Origin: Polymyxa betae A26-41
Taxonomy: Eukaryota > Protista > Endomyxa: Phytomyxea
Direction of reading: 5' to 3'
DNA length: 64,000 nt
NCBI GenBank assembly: GCA_003693705.1
Contig: RBZT01000337.1
Span: 1 to 64,000 of the forward strand
Of this stretch, positions 38,101-50,300 are shown in pieces (position 1 is the stretch's first letter; every line of letters starts with the position of its first letter). The notes beneath the pieces were generated by a model. The model saw only the letters and a list, made by a program, of their open reading frames with translations, made no database searches and had not been told where the DNA came from. The position numbers and the translations under genes were made by a program.

Positions 38101-39900
38101 GCTCAGGTGGCAATTGCGTGTTTGTCGGCTCTGGGCTCATATCTTTCTAACTCGAGTTCGAATGTTATCCCACGTTATGTGACCCTCTTGCAAAGTTTAA
38201 TGTTCGCACAATTGGATACAAACCAGCAGGTTTGGGGTTTATTTCGCGCTGTAAGTGAATAATTTCATGGCTTCAGATCCGGCATGCAGCCGAAGACGCT
38301 ATCAATCACCTTTACCAGTCTTGCGGTAATTCATCAAAAGTCTTATTTGCTTGACTAACGTTTTTTCTTGTAGACGTTAATGATCTCATCAACGAATTGT
38401 TGCAAATTGCTCAATCAAAAATGGTGAAACTTCAGGACTTGGCTCTGCAGGTAATATTATGAAGATCGTTTTCTTTTGTTTAAACTTGATTTAAGGCCGT
38501 GATAAGGATCAGTGAATCGAGGAAAATCGAACTGCAGCAATGTCTTAGAAACAGCCAACATATGCAGCTGGCGATCTGTAAACTTCAGCCGTTGCTCACA
38601 ACGCGACGTCCTAGTTGTAAAATTCTCAGGTAATGTCAGTCCGAATTTCGTACTGTCGTCGTATAAGAGATCGTTGTAGCGATATTATCCAGATTATTTC
38701 GGATTACGCCCCAGACGCGTTCGAGCGCCACATAAAGCAGCTGTCGAATCCAGATCGGGCGATGATTGACAAGATGAGATCGGTCCCTGATTCGTCCATA
38801 AAAGGTTAATTTTCGAACGAGTCTGTCCGTTGCAATAATTCTGAAATTTTACTCAGGAAGTGATTCGTTTCCAGCCGATTCAAAGCCGGCGACGACTGTC
38901 TCAAAGTCGACCGATATCGTTGTCGTACAAGATCTTGACGATTGCCTTTCCCGTGATAACCGCGAATTAGAGCCGCTGCCAGATGAGGTTGATGAGGATT
39001 CGCATTCGGCGGATGCGGCCTCGGATTGCTCCAAATTTTACGAGTCATCGGACGATTCGAGAACCATAGCCAAGTTGACTGATGAATTGAATAAGCCTTA
39101 TCTTACACAAAAGAAAGTTTTGCATGTACCGCTCCAAATCTGTGCGAAATTGTCTCTCTGAACATTTGACCTAAAGGTTCTTCGAGATATAAGCGTATAT
39201 GTCGGCATCAATGCAGCGCCTTACCATGTGATGGAAATGAAAATGCTGCTGGAAGCGATCTTGAAAGTTTTGAAAAAGTTCAACTCGCGCCACGAAATTC
39301 ATGTCGATGTCGCCCATATCCTTTTCACACTACTCACGCATAACTCGATTCGACAGCTGATTGGTCCATGCTATGCAATAGTATTTGATTGCCTGTTTTG
39401 TTTACAGCAAGTTGATCGGATTTCGGTTTTTGAAGCTGCTGCGGACGCCTTCGATTTCGCCGATTGCGTCGGGGTCATCGAATCGAAACTGTCCGATCCT
39501 GAGACGCCAAAAAAGGATCTGGTTACTACGATCGAGTTCATCTCATATTCGGTAAGGTTACAACTTCATTCAATTTGGAAGACTCAAGATTTGGAATAGT
39601 TCCTTTCAACGCAAAGAGACCCGTCGATATTCAGATGGGCTTTCGATCGGTTAGTCCCGTTGCTGCCTCCAATGCTCAAACATAAAGTTTGTACCGTAAA
39701 ACGTATGACATTATCATGCTAAATTAATATAGGACATCGATGTGAGAAAAGCCTGCGTGTTTTGTATTATCGACTTGTATTCGGAGCTTAATGCCGATTA
39801 TCTGTCGAGTCTCTGGCCGCTCTTGGAACCTGTTCAGCGGAAGCTGCTGCGAGTATTCATTGATAAGCGAGGACTGCCTGCCCCACTCATTGATGTGTAA
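35144..39900 (+). CDS. CLASP: CLIP-associating protein (CLASP; TOG/HEAT microtubule regulator), multi-exon
   Basis: TOG motifs ERLGDNKTAVRHEA, LLDDQLPAVREE, WQDRVGALRKL, ELRSAVAKETC and DANENARLAARACYW. C-terminal DIDVRKACVFCII (CLIP-interaction domain). Confidence 0.82.
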
Positions 39901-40415
39901 TACAAAGTATCCATTGTTTAACTGTGATTTCGCCAGATTTACATAGAGTGAATAGTCAACAGTAGTCAACGTCAAAAATGTCCCATCAGTGCCATACACT
40001 TTTGACAAGTCATATTTCAATCCACATAAACGTTAAAGCTGTGATTTATTTCTCATTAAGTTTTGAGTCAGCATGTATTATCCACTGTCAAATCAAATGC
40101 AATATGAATGTTAGCAATAATTTCAAATTCCAGAGCAAATTAAATAACACTCATGCTATGCAGTTATAAAAGGCATCCTGTCTTTCGTAATCTGATTTTG
40201 CTAAACAGGCATAAGAAATGTACCGAATTCGGTTCTTTAACCAAGTTCGAATGTCATTTTGTCAAAATTGTAGTACCAGAATCACCAGATCTGTACGTTG
40301 ATGTAGACTGTATTAACGTTGCGCAGCGACTGCCTCAATGGGGCTTCGCCACCTCTGCTGACTGCTCTCCTCATATTCATTAGGCTAATGGCATTCCGGT
40401 GATTGGTTCTTCAGA

Positions 40416-42825
40416 ATGATGCTGAACGCCGAGCTGCAGGTGCTGCTGGACGGCCTGCGTTCGGCTCCTCAGGATCAGTTCGAGCTGTCCCAGTTCGTGC
40501 GACAATGCCGCCAGGTCGCCCCGGTGACGGCGCTGTCCGATTGGATGGCTCAGCATGGTAACAAACTGCAGCATGAGCTAGTCCAGTTGCTGAATAACGA
40601 TTTCGAACATTATATATCGTTATCGGCTAGCCTTCAGGGCACCGAACAAATTGTAATGTGATCAAATAGTTTGCATTCCAGCTAGATGCTGATACTGCAG
40701 AAGGTTGAAAATATTCTTAGCCCAGTATTCAGCATTCGAGAGCAGTTGTTGTCATGTTTTGTAACGGTCTGTAAAGACTATACAGACATCGAAATGCTAT
40801 TAGACGAACAGGCTAAAGCTCAACGAACTCGAAATCAGTTGATTTCGAATTTGCCGGTCTCTGTTTCTGATTCAGTTACTGGTACACAATGGTTATGTAA
40901 AGTGCAAGATTTACTAACCATTCAGCAGACTTTAAAGTTGGAGGCATTGAACGGCAAGCGAGACTCGCCGTTTTTAGGAATAACATTACGTTTGAGTTAA
41001 AACGCGATATGCAGAACCATCTCATTCGCTTATTGTCAACTGAAGCAGCTCCGGACCGTTTCGAAACTGCCTCGATCTTTCGTGCATTCTCTCGTAGGAC
41101 AGTAATCCAATGTCCCCGGTATTACCATTTATTTTTGCCTTAGTTTGCAACTTACAAGACCTGGCTGTTGACTGCTGCAAGAACTTTGTTATCTCTCAGC
41201 TTTCTAGCTCCAGTATGATGTGTACCTCTGTGATTGATTGTGTCTTACATGTCAGATGGTCTTCTGGACATTCCCGAACTGCTCTGCTGCCAAAAAACAT
41301 TATCGATTGCGTCCCGCTGTGCCTTTCTTGACAGCGCATCGTCATATCGCTACATGACTCTCCTCCGCTCTTTTTTCTCAGGGCTAATTCAACTCATCAA
41401 TTGCGAGAACTCGAAATCAGTTTTCTCAACAGCCAACCCTGCACAATTTCATCGGAATTATACCGCTTATATGCGTATGCTGAACTATTTGGAGACCCTG
41501 CAATCAGGAATATCCATTGATAGTCAAGTTGTGGCTATTACCTCACAGTAATAATGATTTATTTCTACTATACCATTATACCTACGATATTCTTGCAGAT
41601 TTAAACCAGAACTGTATTTCAGATTGCGATTCCAAGGTATAGTCATGCGCTTGGAAAGTGGATTGCTGGAGCCTCTCAAGTTTTGTGAAAACTCGCCTTC
41701 TGAACACATGCCTGCGGTGTCTCTCAATGTTTCAACCGTAGTCTGCAATCTCGCTTATTCATGCTTCAATGGCGATGTCTTCATTGAGGGGCTAGCGGCC
41801 CGATTCTTTTCTCTTTGCATGCAGGTTGGGATTCGTACGACTTCTTTCACCTTTAGTTTAACGTCGATCAGATTCTCTACAGGTTTGCTTCTTATATCTC
41901 AAGTCTGCTGGAAGCCAAGAAGGATTCGGCGCTTTTCTTAACGCTGGCTGCCGACGTTGATCTTGTTTCATCGTGGGTTGAATCTGCTCTGAAACATCAT
42001 TGCACGGCTCGGCTTGTTAAAGGTGTCCAGGATAGTCACGTGTTTGTTCACTTTGTTGATTCTTCATTAGATCGATCAATGTCGGAGGAGGTGTCCTCCT
42101 TGATTGATTTCGAATTTCATTCACATGCTAAAAAACTAATGTCATTTCCAGAAGTAAATCGTCTTCTCCAGGCAGGGATGTTGCTCAATACTTTCTCTAG
42201 ATCTTAAAGCAAGCGACTGTTAATTCTGTCGTACAATTATGTGAAACTGCACTCGGTATTGGATCTTGTAGTAATTCAACGTGAGCTGATGATGACCACA
42301 GAAGCCGTCCCAAGGATTAAGGCTTTATATCGAATGAGCGGGCATAAACAGCCTGATGCGCCATTAGAATACGTCCAACAGGTTGTGGCTCCTTTGAAAG
42401 AGGCGGTTTCGCAGGTCCACTTTTTTCATAACAGCTTTCGTTTCTTTGCTCATTCCCGGTTGCCCTCAGGTTCACGCAAAGAGCGAACGCGATTCGTTGG
42501 GTAGTCATGCAATCCGTTTTGTATCTGCATCGTACAGCAAACAATGCGCCAAGTTGCTCGAAGTGATGTTACAAACGGAGTCGTCATTAAGAAAATTCGG
42601 AAACACTACTGGCAGTAATGCCCTCGCAAACTCCTCAATGAGGATATCTCAACAGGTATTTTTTTGCTCCCTACTTAGGCATACAATGATTACTGTAATT
42701 AGTTGAGAATGGATGTTGAGGAATATCGACGATTGTTAAAACAAATTGCTAACGGTGCATCTTGGGGTATTGATGAATCCGTAGACGAAATCCTGCAGAT
42801 AATTGATAAATCGATTGTGTCGTAA
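40416..42825 (+). CDS. COG2: Conserved oligomeric Golgi complex subunit 2, multi-exon
   Basis: N-terminal FVRQCR...LQHELVQLLNNDFEHYISLSASLQG, FSTANPAQFHRNY, LYFRLRFQ, IKALYRMSGHKQP and ESSLRK. Confidence 0.8.
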
Positions 42826-43057
42826 TAAGAATAGTCTCTGATTCGGTTTCGTTTGAATCTTTATACGTAACTAAACAGGACCGCTGGTCCCAGTTGGTCC
42901 CCAGTCCGGGACCCATACGGCCATGCCAAATCAGGGTGATATTTGCAAATTATTTTCGAATATCATTTCCGGTCCAGTAACTTGTAAAAGTCCGTGGCGG
43001 ATTCGGATGTGATCATGTGAAACCATTCCGATTTTGTGCTTGTCAAACTCCAGCAAA

Positions 43058-44227
43058 ATGGAACAGCAGTTAGCTGAAATCGTTCCCTTCTTATCTCTCT
43101 CTCACCGTCCCGAAGTCAGGCTTCAGGTGCATTCTTAATAGTATTTTTCTATTTTTTAAACTGAAGGTTTTCAGGCTCTTCAAATTGTGGAAGGGCTTAC
43201 AGCTACCCCTGGACTTGAATTGTTATTGACTGCCCATGGGGCTATACCTTTCCTGGTACGGATGATTGGAGACGAGACTTTCTGCCAGCGTGCATTGAAC
43301 TCTCTCATTAATCTATTTGGGTCTTCTGTCGAAGCTCGCCAGAAAGCTTTGGAGGTCGAGGTTGTAGAGCGCCTCATGGATTTGCTTCGTAGCAGCAAAA
43401 CTAATGTCGAGTTAGCTGTAATGGCCTTAGTTAACTTAACAGTTGAAAAACTAGCTTGTACAATTCTGTTACAAGAAGGCACCAAAATTCAAGGATTATA
43501 TCTTCGACGTTTGATGCAGTTTTGGACGTATGGTGGTTTACTGTTTATCATATTTGTTACTAATTATTTGTCAGAGGCAATATGGTGCCAGATGTTTTAG
43601 TGAATGTGACACAAAACCCAATCGGAAGAGATCTTTTAATGCAGCCCGCTATGGAACTTCTTCTTAATGTTGCAAACGATCTCGCATCCACCAGCTCCAT
43701 CAGAAGGCGTTCGGTTTTAAGATTGATTCATAATTTAGCATTCGATATCAAATACCATGATGAATTGCTATCAGAGCGAGTTCTTGTGCCATTATTGCTG
43801 CCTTTGGTCGGACCAGAACCGATGCAAGACAAAGATACTGTCGGAATGTGATCTGAATTCGCCATCATATGCCCTGCATCGCTAACGTAATTTAAACAGG
43901 TTGCCGCAAATAGCTGCAGCAATATCAACCGATAGGAAGCGGGATTCAGATCGGGAGTCCAGGATGCTTACTGTTCAGGTTGGCTGAATAGGACACTGAC
44001 TGAGCCTTGTTAATGTTTTCCAGATTCTAGGCATGTTTTTGAAAATTCATAAATCCAGAAAATACTTGAAGCAGATCCAACTGTATCCAATTCTTCGTGA
44101 CCTGCATCTCAGTGAAAACGAGAGGGACGAAGAGATGACCGGCGCTATTGAAGAATTGATCCCATATCTGGTCGCCGACGATCCGCTCGATAGACCGAAA
44201 GCCAAGATCGAAGAAGTCCTGGACTAA
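43058..44227 (+). CDS. HGH1: HGH1 (FAM203) eEF2 chaperone, multi-exon
   Basis: MEQQLAEIVPFLS..RPEVR, LVNVTQ..GR, RRRSVLRLIHNLAFD, LLLPLVGPE, RKRDSD and LYPILRDLHLSE. Confidence 0.82.
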
Positions 44228-44471
44228 ATAAACTGATAACGTACATAGGCTGTGATCTTATTAAAATGAATATAAATGCAATAAGAAGAAGTGCATATAG
44301 AATTACAGATGTAAAAAGTACAGACAGTCAACTGAGGACATATAATATTCTGATATAAAGGGTAACATAAGTTTGTTATTAAATGAAGTATCCCTGTCGT
44401 TGTGATTGAAAAGAATTCAACATATTGGTGTACTAGATAGAGGTCCGCGAGATCTTCCAGCCCATCCCAGC

Positions 44472-45462
44472 ATGAGTGATGACGAATCCGAATACGAAGT
44501 CAAACAGTTCCGCGACAGAACCTGATACCGACGTGTTTACTGTGGTGTCTAGGTGGAAGATATAATCGGCGAGAAGACCGACCGGCGGGGCAAGAAGTTT
44601 TATAAGGTTCCAGCCAGATTACAATATTAGAATGACCAGTTTCCTGACTGATTTTCTTAGGTTAAATGGCTTGGATAGTATGTAGTCGATTTTCTTCTGT
44701 AGATTCGTGAATCGTGATTCGTTGGCTGTTTAGTGCTATAAATGAAGCGTCTTGGGTTGCATCGGAAGATATGCACTGTCCCGAGATTCTTGAGAAATGG
44801 AATAGTGGAAGAAGCCAAAAGACTTCATCCATTCAATCCCGGAAAAGGTCACGTTCATCATTAACCACTTCCAAAAGATCGGCACCCAAAGAAAAACGCT
44901 CTCGAAACTCTCCTAGTACTACAAAATCGACGTCTCGTCATGTAAAAGAAGGGCTAACTCCAAAAAAAGAAACAAGTTCTCGATCTGTTAGTAATACTCC
45001 ATTACAGCCAGCTTCAGAAAGAAGCCGTGTCAAAACCAAGAAATCGCAGTCGTCAGAGATCTCGAATGAAAAGCGATCCACAAATGGGTTGTTGTCAAAA
45101 AAGGCAGTTTCAGATGCTACCACTCAGAACGCCGATATAGACGACGATGAAGACAATCTCTCCCAACTGGAAGAAAAATGTCAGCGTTTGATTTGTAAAT
45201 TCAGCTGCAGGGTTTTTCTAATATTGGTTTAGACGCCTATCAAAAGTCCAAACACGCATCGGAGAGGGCAAAACGCTTAGCACTAGAAGACAAATTAAGA
45301 AAGCTAAATGACCGTTACGATAAAGTGAAGAGGGAGATCGCCATGATCAAATTCAATCAGCAATTAGCAGGCATTAGATCGTCGGCAGGCGTGGCTCCAA
45401 GCTCAGATTCTGACAACGAAGTATCAGACGAAGAATCCGAATCTTCAACATCCATTAACTAA
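44472..45462 (+). CDS. Chromodomain protein with basic disordered hinge and C-terminal coiled coil
   Basis: Spliced MSDDESEYE|VEDIIGEKTDRRGKKFYK|VKWLGY|AINEASWVASEDMHCPEILEKW is a chromodomain with an aromatic cage. Confidence 0.8.
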
Positions 45463-45488
45463 TATCAACAGCGACAATAAATAAGATT

Positions 45489-46092
45489 TCATTCAGGCCG
45501 ATCTTCTAACGCCCTGATTTTGTCCATTAGCTGGTGATCGATATCGGTCATCTTATAAGCATCAGACTGGTATTTGGCTCGTACAGATGCCATGAAAGAC
45601 GTGCTTGTTAGGTAATCTGAAATCTTCGAACGAATCGGGACCAACCAGGAACTAATCGCTGCTACCCGATCAGAACTATGAGACTGAAATGCTTCACGAA
45701 CGACTTCAGATCGCGGCATCATTGATTCAATACGAAAGCGGCATTCATGCAACTATACATCTTATTTCAAAACACTTTTGGAAATGGGAAATTGATCGTA
45801 CAGACGTAACATCCAGAGCCCGGGCAATGAAGGCAACAGTAGCAGCACCGGATACACTAACAATAACCTATCCGAAATAAATGATTGTATTGCCCAACCT
45901 CTCCGACCATACAGTACTATATGCTAAGGCTCGAAATGCAACCGACGCCGCATCAGGTGATAGGCGGATCTTGGATCGTTTCACCCCATAGACAACCCCA
46001 AAGGTTAATGACGCTATTCCTCCGAAGAATGTAGCTGTGGAACCCAGACCAAGTGTCAGCCAAGAAGGCGACTTTGGATCTGGAGTGGTCAT
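45489..46092 (-). CDS. Small membrane protein, TMEM242/DUF1358-like
   Basis: Two hydrophobic segments (ATFFGGIASLTFGVVYG; AFRALAYSTVIVSVSGAATVAFIARALDV) resembling the TMEM242 pattern. Confidence 0.5.
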
Positions 46093-46366
46093 GGACAAAA
46101 GTCGAGTCAAAGGTGGGAGGCGCAGCCCGCCCAATGATTGATTTCGTCTCCCATTTCTATGCATATCATTCCTATGATCATGATCGCTATCTGCTAGACA
46201 AGGACATTTCGCAAATAGTTTCTTCGCCAACTGACCAGACAGACAGGAACATTTTTGATAAGCTGAGATGTAATTGATCAGTTGCCAGAATTTGCAGAAT
46301 TCAGTGGCTCGCGTTCCTTATGCAGTAGAGCGACATGGAGCAAAATAAGTATGTTCAGGAGTTTAT

Positions 46367-47040
46367 TTACAGAACCATGATACCAGCTGCAAGGAGGATG
46401 GCCATTGCGATGCTTGGCAGTATCATGCTTGAAAGAGCAGAAGAGCTTTGGCTGGAAGTGCTGTCGGAAGCTGGAGCCGGTGCCGGCGCCGTAGCTATGA
46501 TAGGGACAGTGTCGGTGGTGGTAGTCGTGATGCCGGTCGTGGTGGTGGCTCCTCCAGCTGGAGCATTCGTTCCAGCGTGGTATCCAATGAATTTTGTGGC
46601 GTCAACGTTCTTGATTTCACATCGTCCATCGTTCAAGCTGCAGGTAGAGCCGTTAAGGATGTTCTGATTGCACCACTCGTTGGGATTAGGTTGGTTCCTG
46701 CATACGTCCTGTTGGTCAATAGATCCGTCCAACGTTCGCGAGCAAATATAGTCTCCTGCATCCTGTTGTGCTTTGAATGCATCAGTTGAGCTAGGACCAG
46801 TTCAGAAAATACATTTGCTATGGCTAAATGAGCATTACCCACAAAATCCGAACTTGGTGCAGAAATTGATACGGCCTAAACCGTCATCGTTCCAAGGGCA
46901 TCTGCACCAATTGATCACTATTTAGTAAGAAAGATCCGATCAACCGACGCCTTATTTCCAAAGCATGGACCGCATCGTGCAATTTCTTGAGCATTAGCGA
47001 TCAATGAGACGACGGCGACAACTGCAAGGTACTTGTACAT
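46367..47040 (-). CDS. Secreted Cys-rich, probably GPI-anchored protein with a degenerate hevein-like N-terminal domain (3 exons)
   Basis: Signal peptide MYKYLAVVAVVSLIANA. Spliced RCGPCFGNKACPWNDDGLGRINFCTKFGFCGSTDAF. Thr/Ala/Pro stalk. Ser-rich omega region and hydrophobic end ILPSIAMAILLAAGIMVL. Confidence 0.75.
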
Positions 47041-47312
47041 GTTATGGAGCCTCCGATGAGTAAAAGAGTTGTAAGAGTTCGAAACCGGCTTTGACAATGA
47101 CACAGTTCGCCTTAGATCTGCAGAGTTCAACCATGATGGCGCGTGCCAATGAACGTGTTTCGATGGGGCACAAGCACAAGGCCGTCATACTGGTGTACGG
47201 ATCAATGCACGCGTCCGTTCCAGATGAAATGACGCCAATGACACACCGAAGGGAGCACTTTCCAGAAAAGTAGACTTCGATCCAAGAATCAACTTTATTG
47301 GATTGGGATTTT

Positions 47313-50300
47313 TCAAGCAAAATACGATGGAGCCACTATGGCCTCATTCACCGCGGTCAATTGCTCTTCAGTAAACTTCTCTTTATCAATGTGCCATGTA
47401 TCTTGATGGGTTCTTTTGAATTCAGTGAATAACTTCTGGACAGTCCCACCTAAAAGCAATTCATCAATCGCAATTAATACATCATAAGATATAATTCAGA
47501 CCGATAGGAGGGGAATCATAGATAAACTGAGAACAAAAAGCTAGAATCTCAGGCATCCACTCTGGGACCCGATACGGCTCGCTTCTCAACAATGCTGTTA
47601 GAGCAAGAACCGCAGCATGCTTAGATACTGCAGACGATGGAGATTTCGATTCGGCCATGAACCTAAGTTAAAAGTTACAAAATCGACCAGAACACCAGTA
47701 CCGTCAAGTTACTTTCGGGAGAACCGCTTTATCGAAATTAGAGGTTGAGCACATGATAAAAAACCAGTCAACAGCTTAGATGCGGTCTCACGGCACTCAA
47801 TGCGACTGTTTCCTAAAGAAAATGTCAACAATCGCGGAGGATTGGATAAAGTCAGAACCTAGCAGTTTTTCATATGTAGCTAAGATCGATTTCACTTTTG
47901 GAACATCAAGCTTGAACAAATGGCGGATTACTAAAGTTGAGAAGAACGTTATGGCAGATGAATGAGAATGGAATGATAAAGATTCATCGTCGATGATTTT
48001 AATGCAAATGTTCATAAGCTCTTGTAACTCAGCGTCCTATAATGAAGAATAACTAGGAGAGAAGTGGTATTGATTACACTAACGTTGAAGTTCGACCAAG
48101 CTATAGACACAAGGCAGTGTTTGGCAAGGGCAGCAGTCTCAGCATTGGGATGATGGCAGGAACTGATAACTATTCCAGCAAGTCGGATTGTGACCTTACT
48201 TGTGTAGCAGGGCTCCCCGATATTGCAGCAAAAAACAACCCAGTATAGTACCTTAGGAGAATAATCAGAGACACATTAGGTTTGAATTGACGAAAAACGT
48301 ACAGTCTCTAAAACTGAAACCAATTCTGAATCGGATTCCTGCCAATCCTTGGCAATAGCCGGTTTAAGAATGTTTTCGTAGGAGTCGATAATTAGATTGA
48401 TTGAGCTAAGAGAACCGTCATCAAATCCAGGACGGTATTTGTTACGCAAGACAAAGCATAAGATCCGAGAAACTTCTTGACGAATCTGCAAAACGAGTCA
48501 CTTGAGCGATACGAAGGATCAATTATGATGTGCCTGAGTGAAAGGGCTATGCAGCAAATTAGGATTCTTCGAAAGTCTTGAAGATATATTTCCTGAAAAA
48601 AAAACAATTCAGATCTGTGGCAACAGGCACACCAGATACCAAGTACGATTTAGTAAAGGAGACCGCCAAGCAAACTCAACCATAATGGCTTGAAGAAATA
48701 ACAGCCATTTGAATGTATGCGAAGGAGAAAATTTAGCGGAAGCAGTATCATCAACTAGGGCTTCATCTGCGACAACGGAGACTAGCCAGGGCAACCGTTT
48801 TGGATCCATATCTGTGCACACATAACGTACAGCAGAGCTCCTAGAAATTTTTGATTAGACTCAGTCCGTAGCCATAACAAGCTACAAACCAGTCTTTGAC
48901 GGCATCTGATGGACATTTATCAAGCCCCTTGGCTAAAAGTTGGGACAGTTGAGCATGATATTGATCAAGCAAACTTGCCGACCAGTATTTAGAAGAACCT
49001 CCAACCCCAGCGAAAATCTTTTTCACGAGTCAAAAAGCATAAACCAAAAGATAAAAACCAACCTCCGAAGCGGTGATATGGGATTCGCGGAAGTTATGGG
49101 CAGACTGATTTCTTTCCAGTAGCTGAAGCGCACAGCTTATGAATTGTTCAATCAATTCTGGACAGTGGCAGCAGAGACCTGGCAGATGAGATAATTCAAA
49201 GTGCACGTTTATGCAACGAAGTTGAAAGACCTTGGATTAAAACCACATGCTCAAACATCATGGTGTCATGTACAGAAAGGAAAGTGGTCTTGGGCCAGCA
49301 AAGACGATTGCTCATTAGTTCATGTATGCTTGCAGCAATTAAATCCCCTGCCCCCGTACGACCTAATTACCGGTATCAAACAAATATCATAATCCGAGAG
49401 ACTTTGCAACAACCTTTTGTGGCGCCAGAAGTGTTTAACTTTGGGTGATCTTCTTCCAAAGCAGATATAAAATTTTTGAAGAAATCGGAATGGGTATTTC
49501 GAATCGCGATTATCCATTCTGGCGGAAGGAGAGAAGATGATTTTGTGGACCCTGAACATTTGAAAGCGGTAGCTTTTGACTCAGGAACCCAGCCGGAGTC
49601 ATTGGAATCGAAGAATAATTCTTGTTTAACCATAAGCAATGAAAACGTTTGGAGAACATTGGATCGCACCAGAACTTAGATCGGAAAGCGTGACAGTTGA
49701 AGGGGCCCCAGTAATTACATCAGCGAATTTAACGATTCGATCTGAGGAGGTCGGGAACGTTGTAAATATATTTGCAAGCGCAGATATGCAGATACGACGT
49801 AGCGGAACAAAATCCGATAGACAGTGTTTCCAGAAGAAATTAAGCAGTCCTAAGGAAGGGTTCACATCAGACCTTAACGCATAAAGGAGGAAGCGAGCGG
49901 CAGCTAATTGCGATCTCCAGTGAGAGATTTTTCCTTCTTCATTTTCTGATATTTCAAGAAGCTGATGACACAGCAACGTGTATGACTATGTAGGCAACAT
50001 CATTAACACGTATGACAACCGAAAATGGTAAACCTGGAGCTCATTTGCAAGAAGAACTGGGAGGCGGTGTAAACGGTCAGCGAAGGCACAGAAAAACTCT
50101 ACAATAAGCAATCAGATTAATGTGACAACATAATATTATGGACCAACCAATGATAGCAGCTTGGACAAGATCGTCATGGTGATGGGAACTGTCGCAGATT
50201 GCAATCATTACTGGTCGAACCAAATCCCAACTGGATGCAGTCCACTACACAAAATTAGAAACCGGTTGGTAATTCTTCAATAGCTTACTGATAAGAAATG

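Noticed and set aside
42879-42920. ggacc/ggtccc short direct and inverted repeats between COG2 and HGH1
   Set aside because: Too short. No target-site duplication or second terminus to call a MITE.
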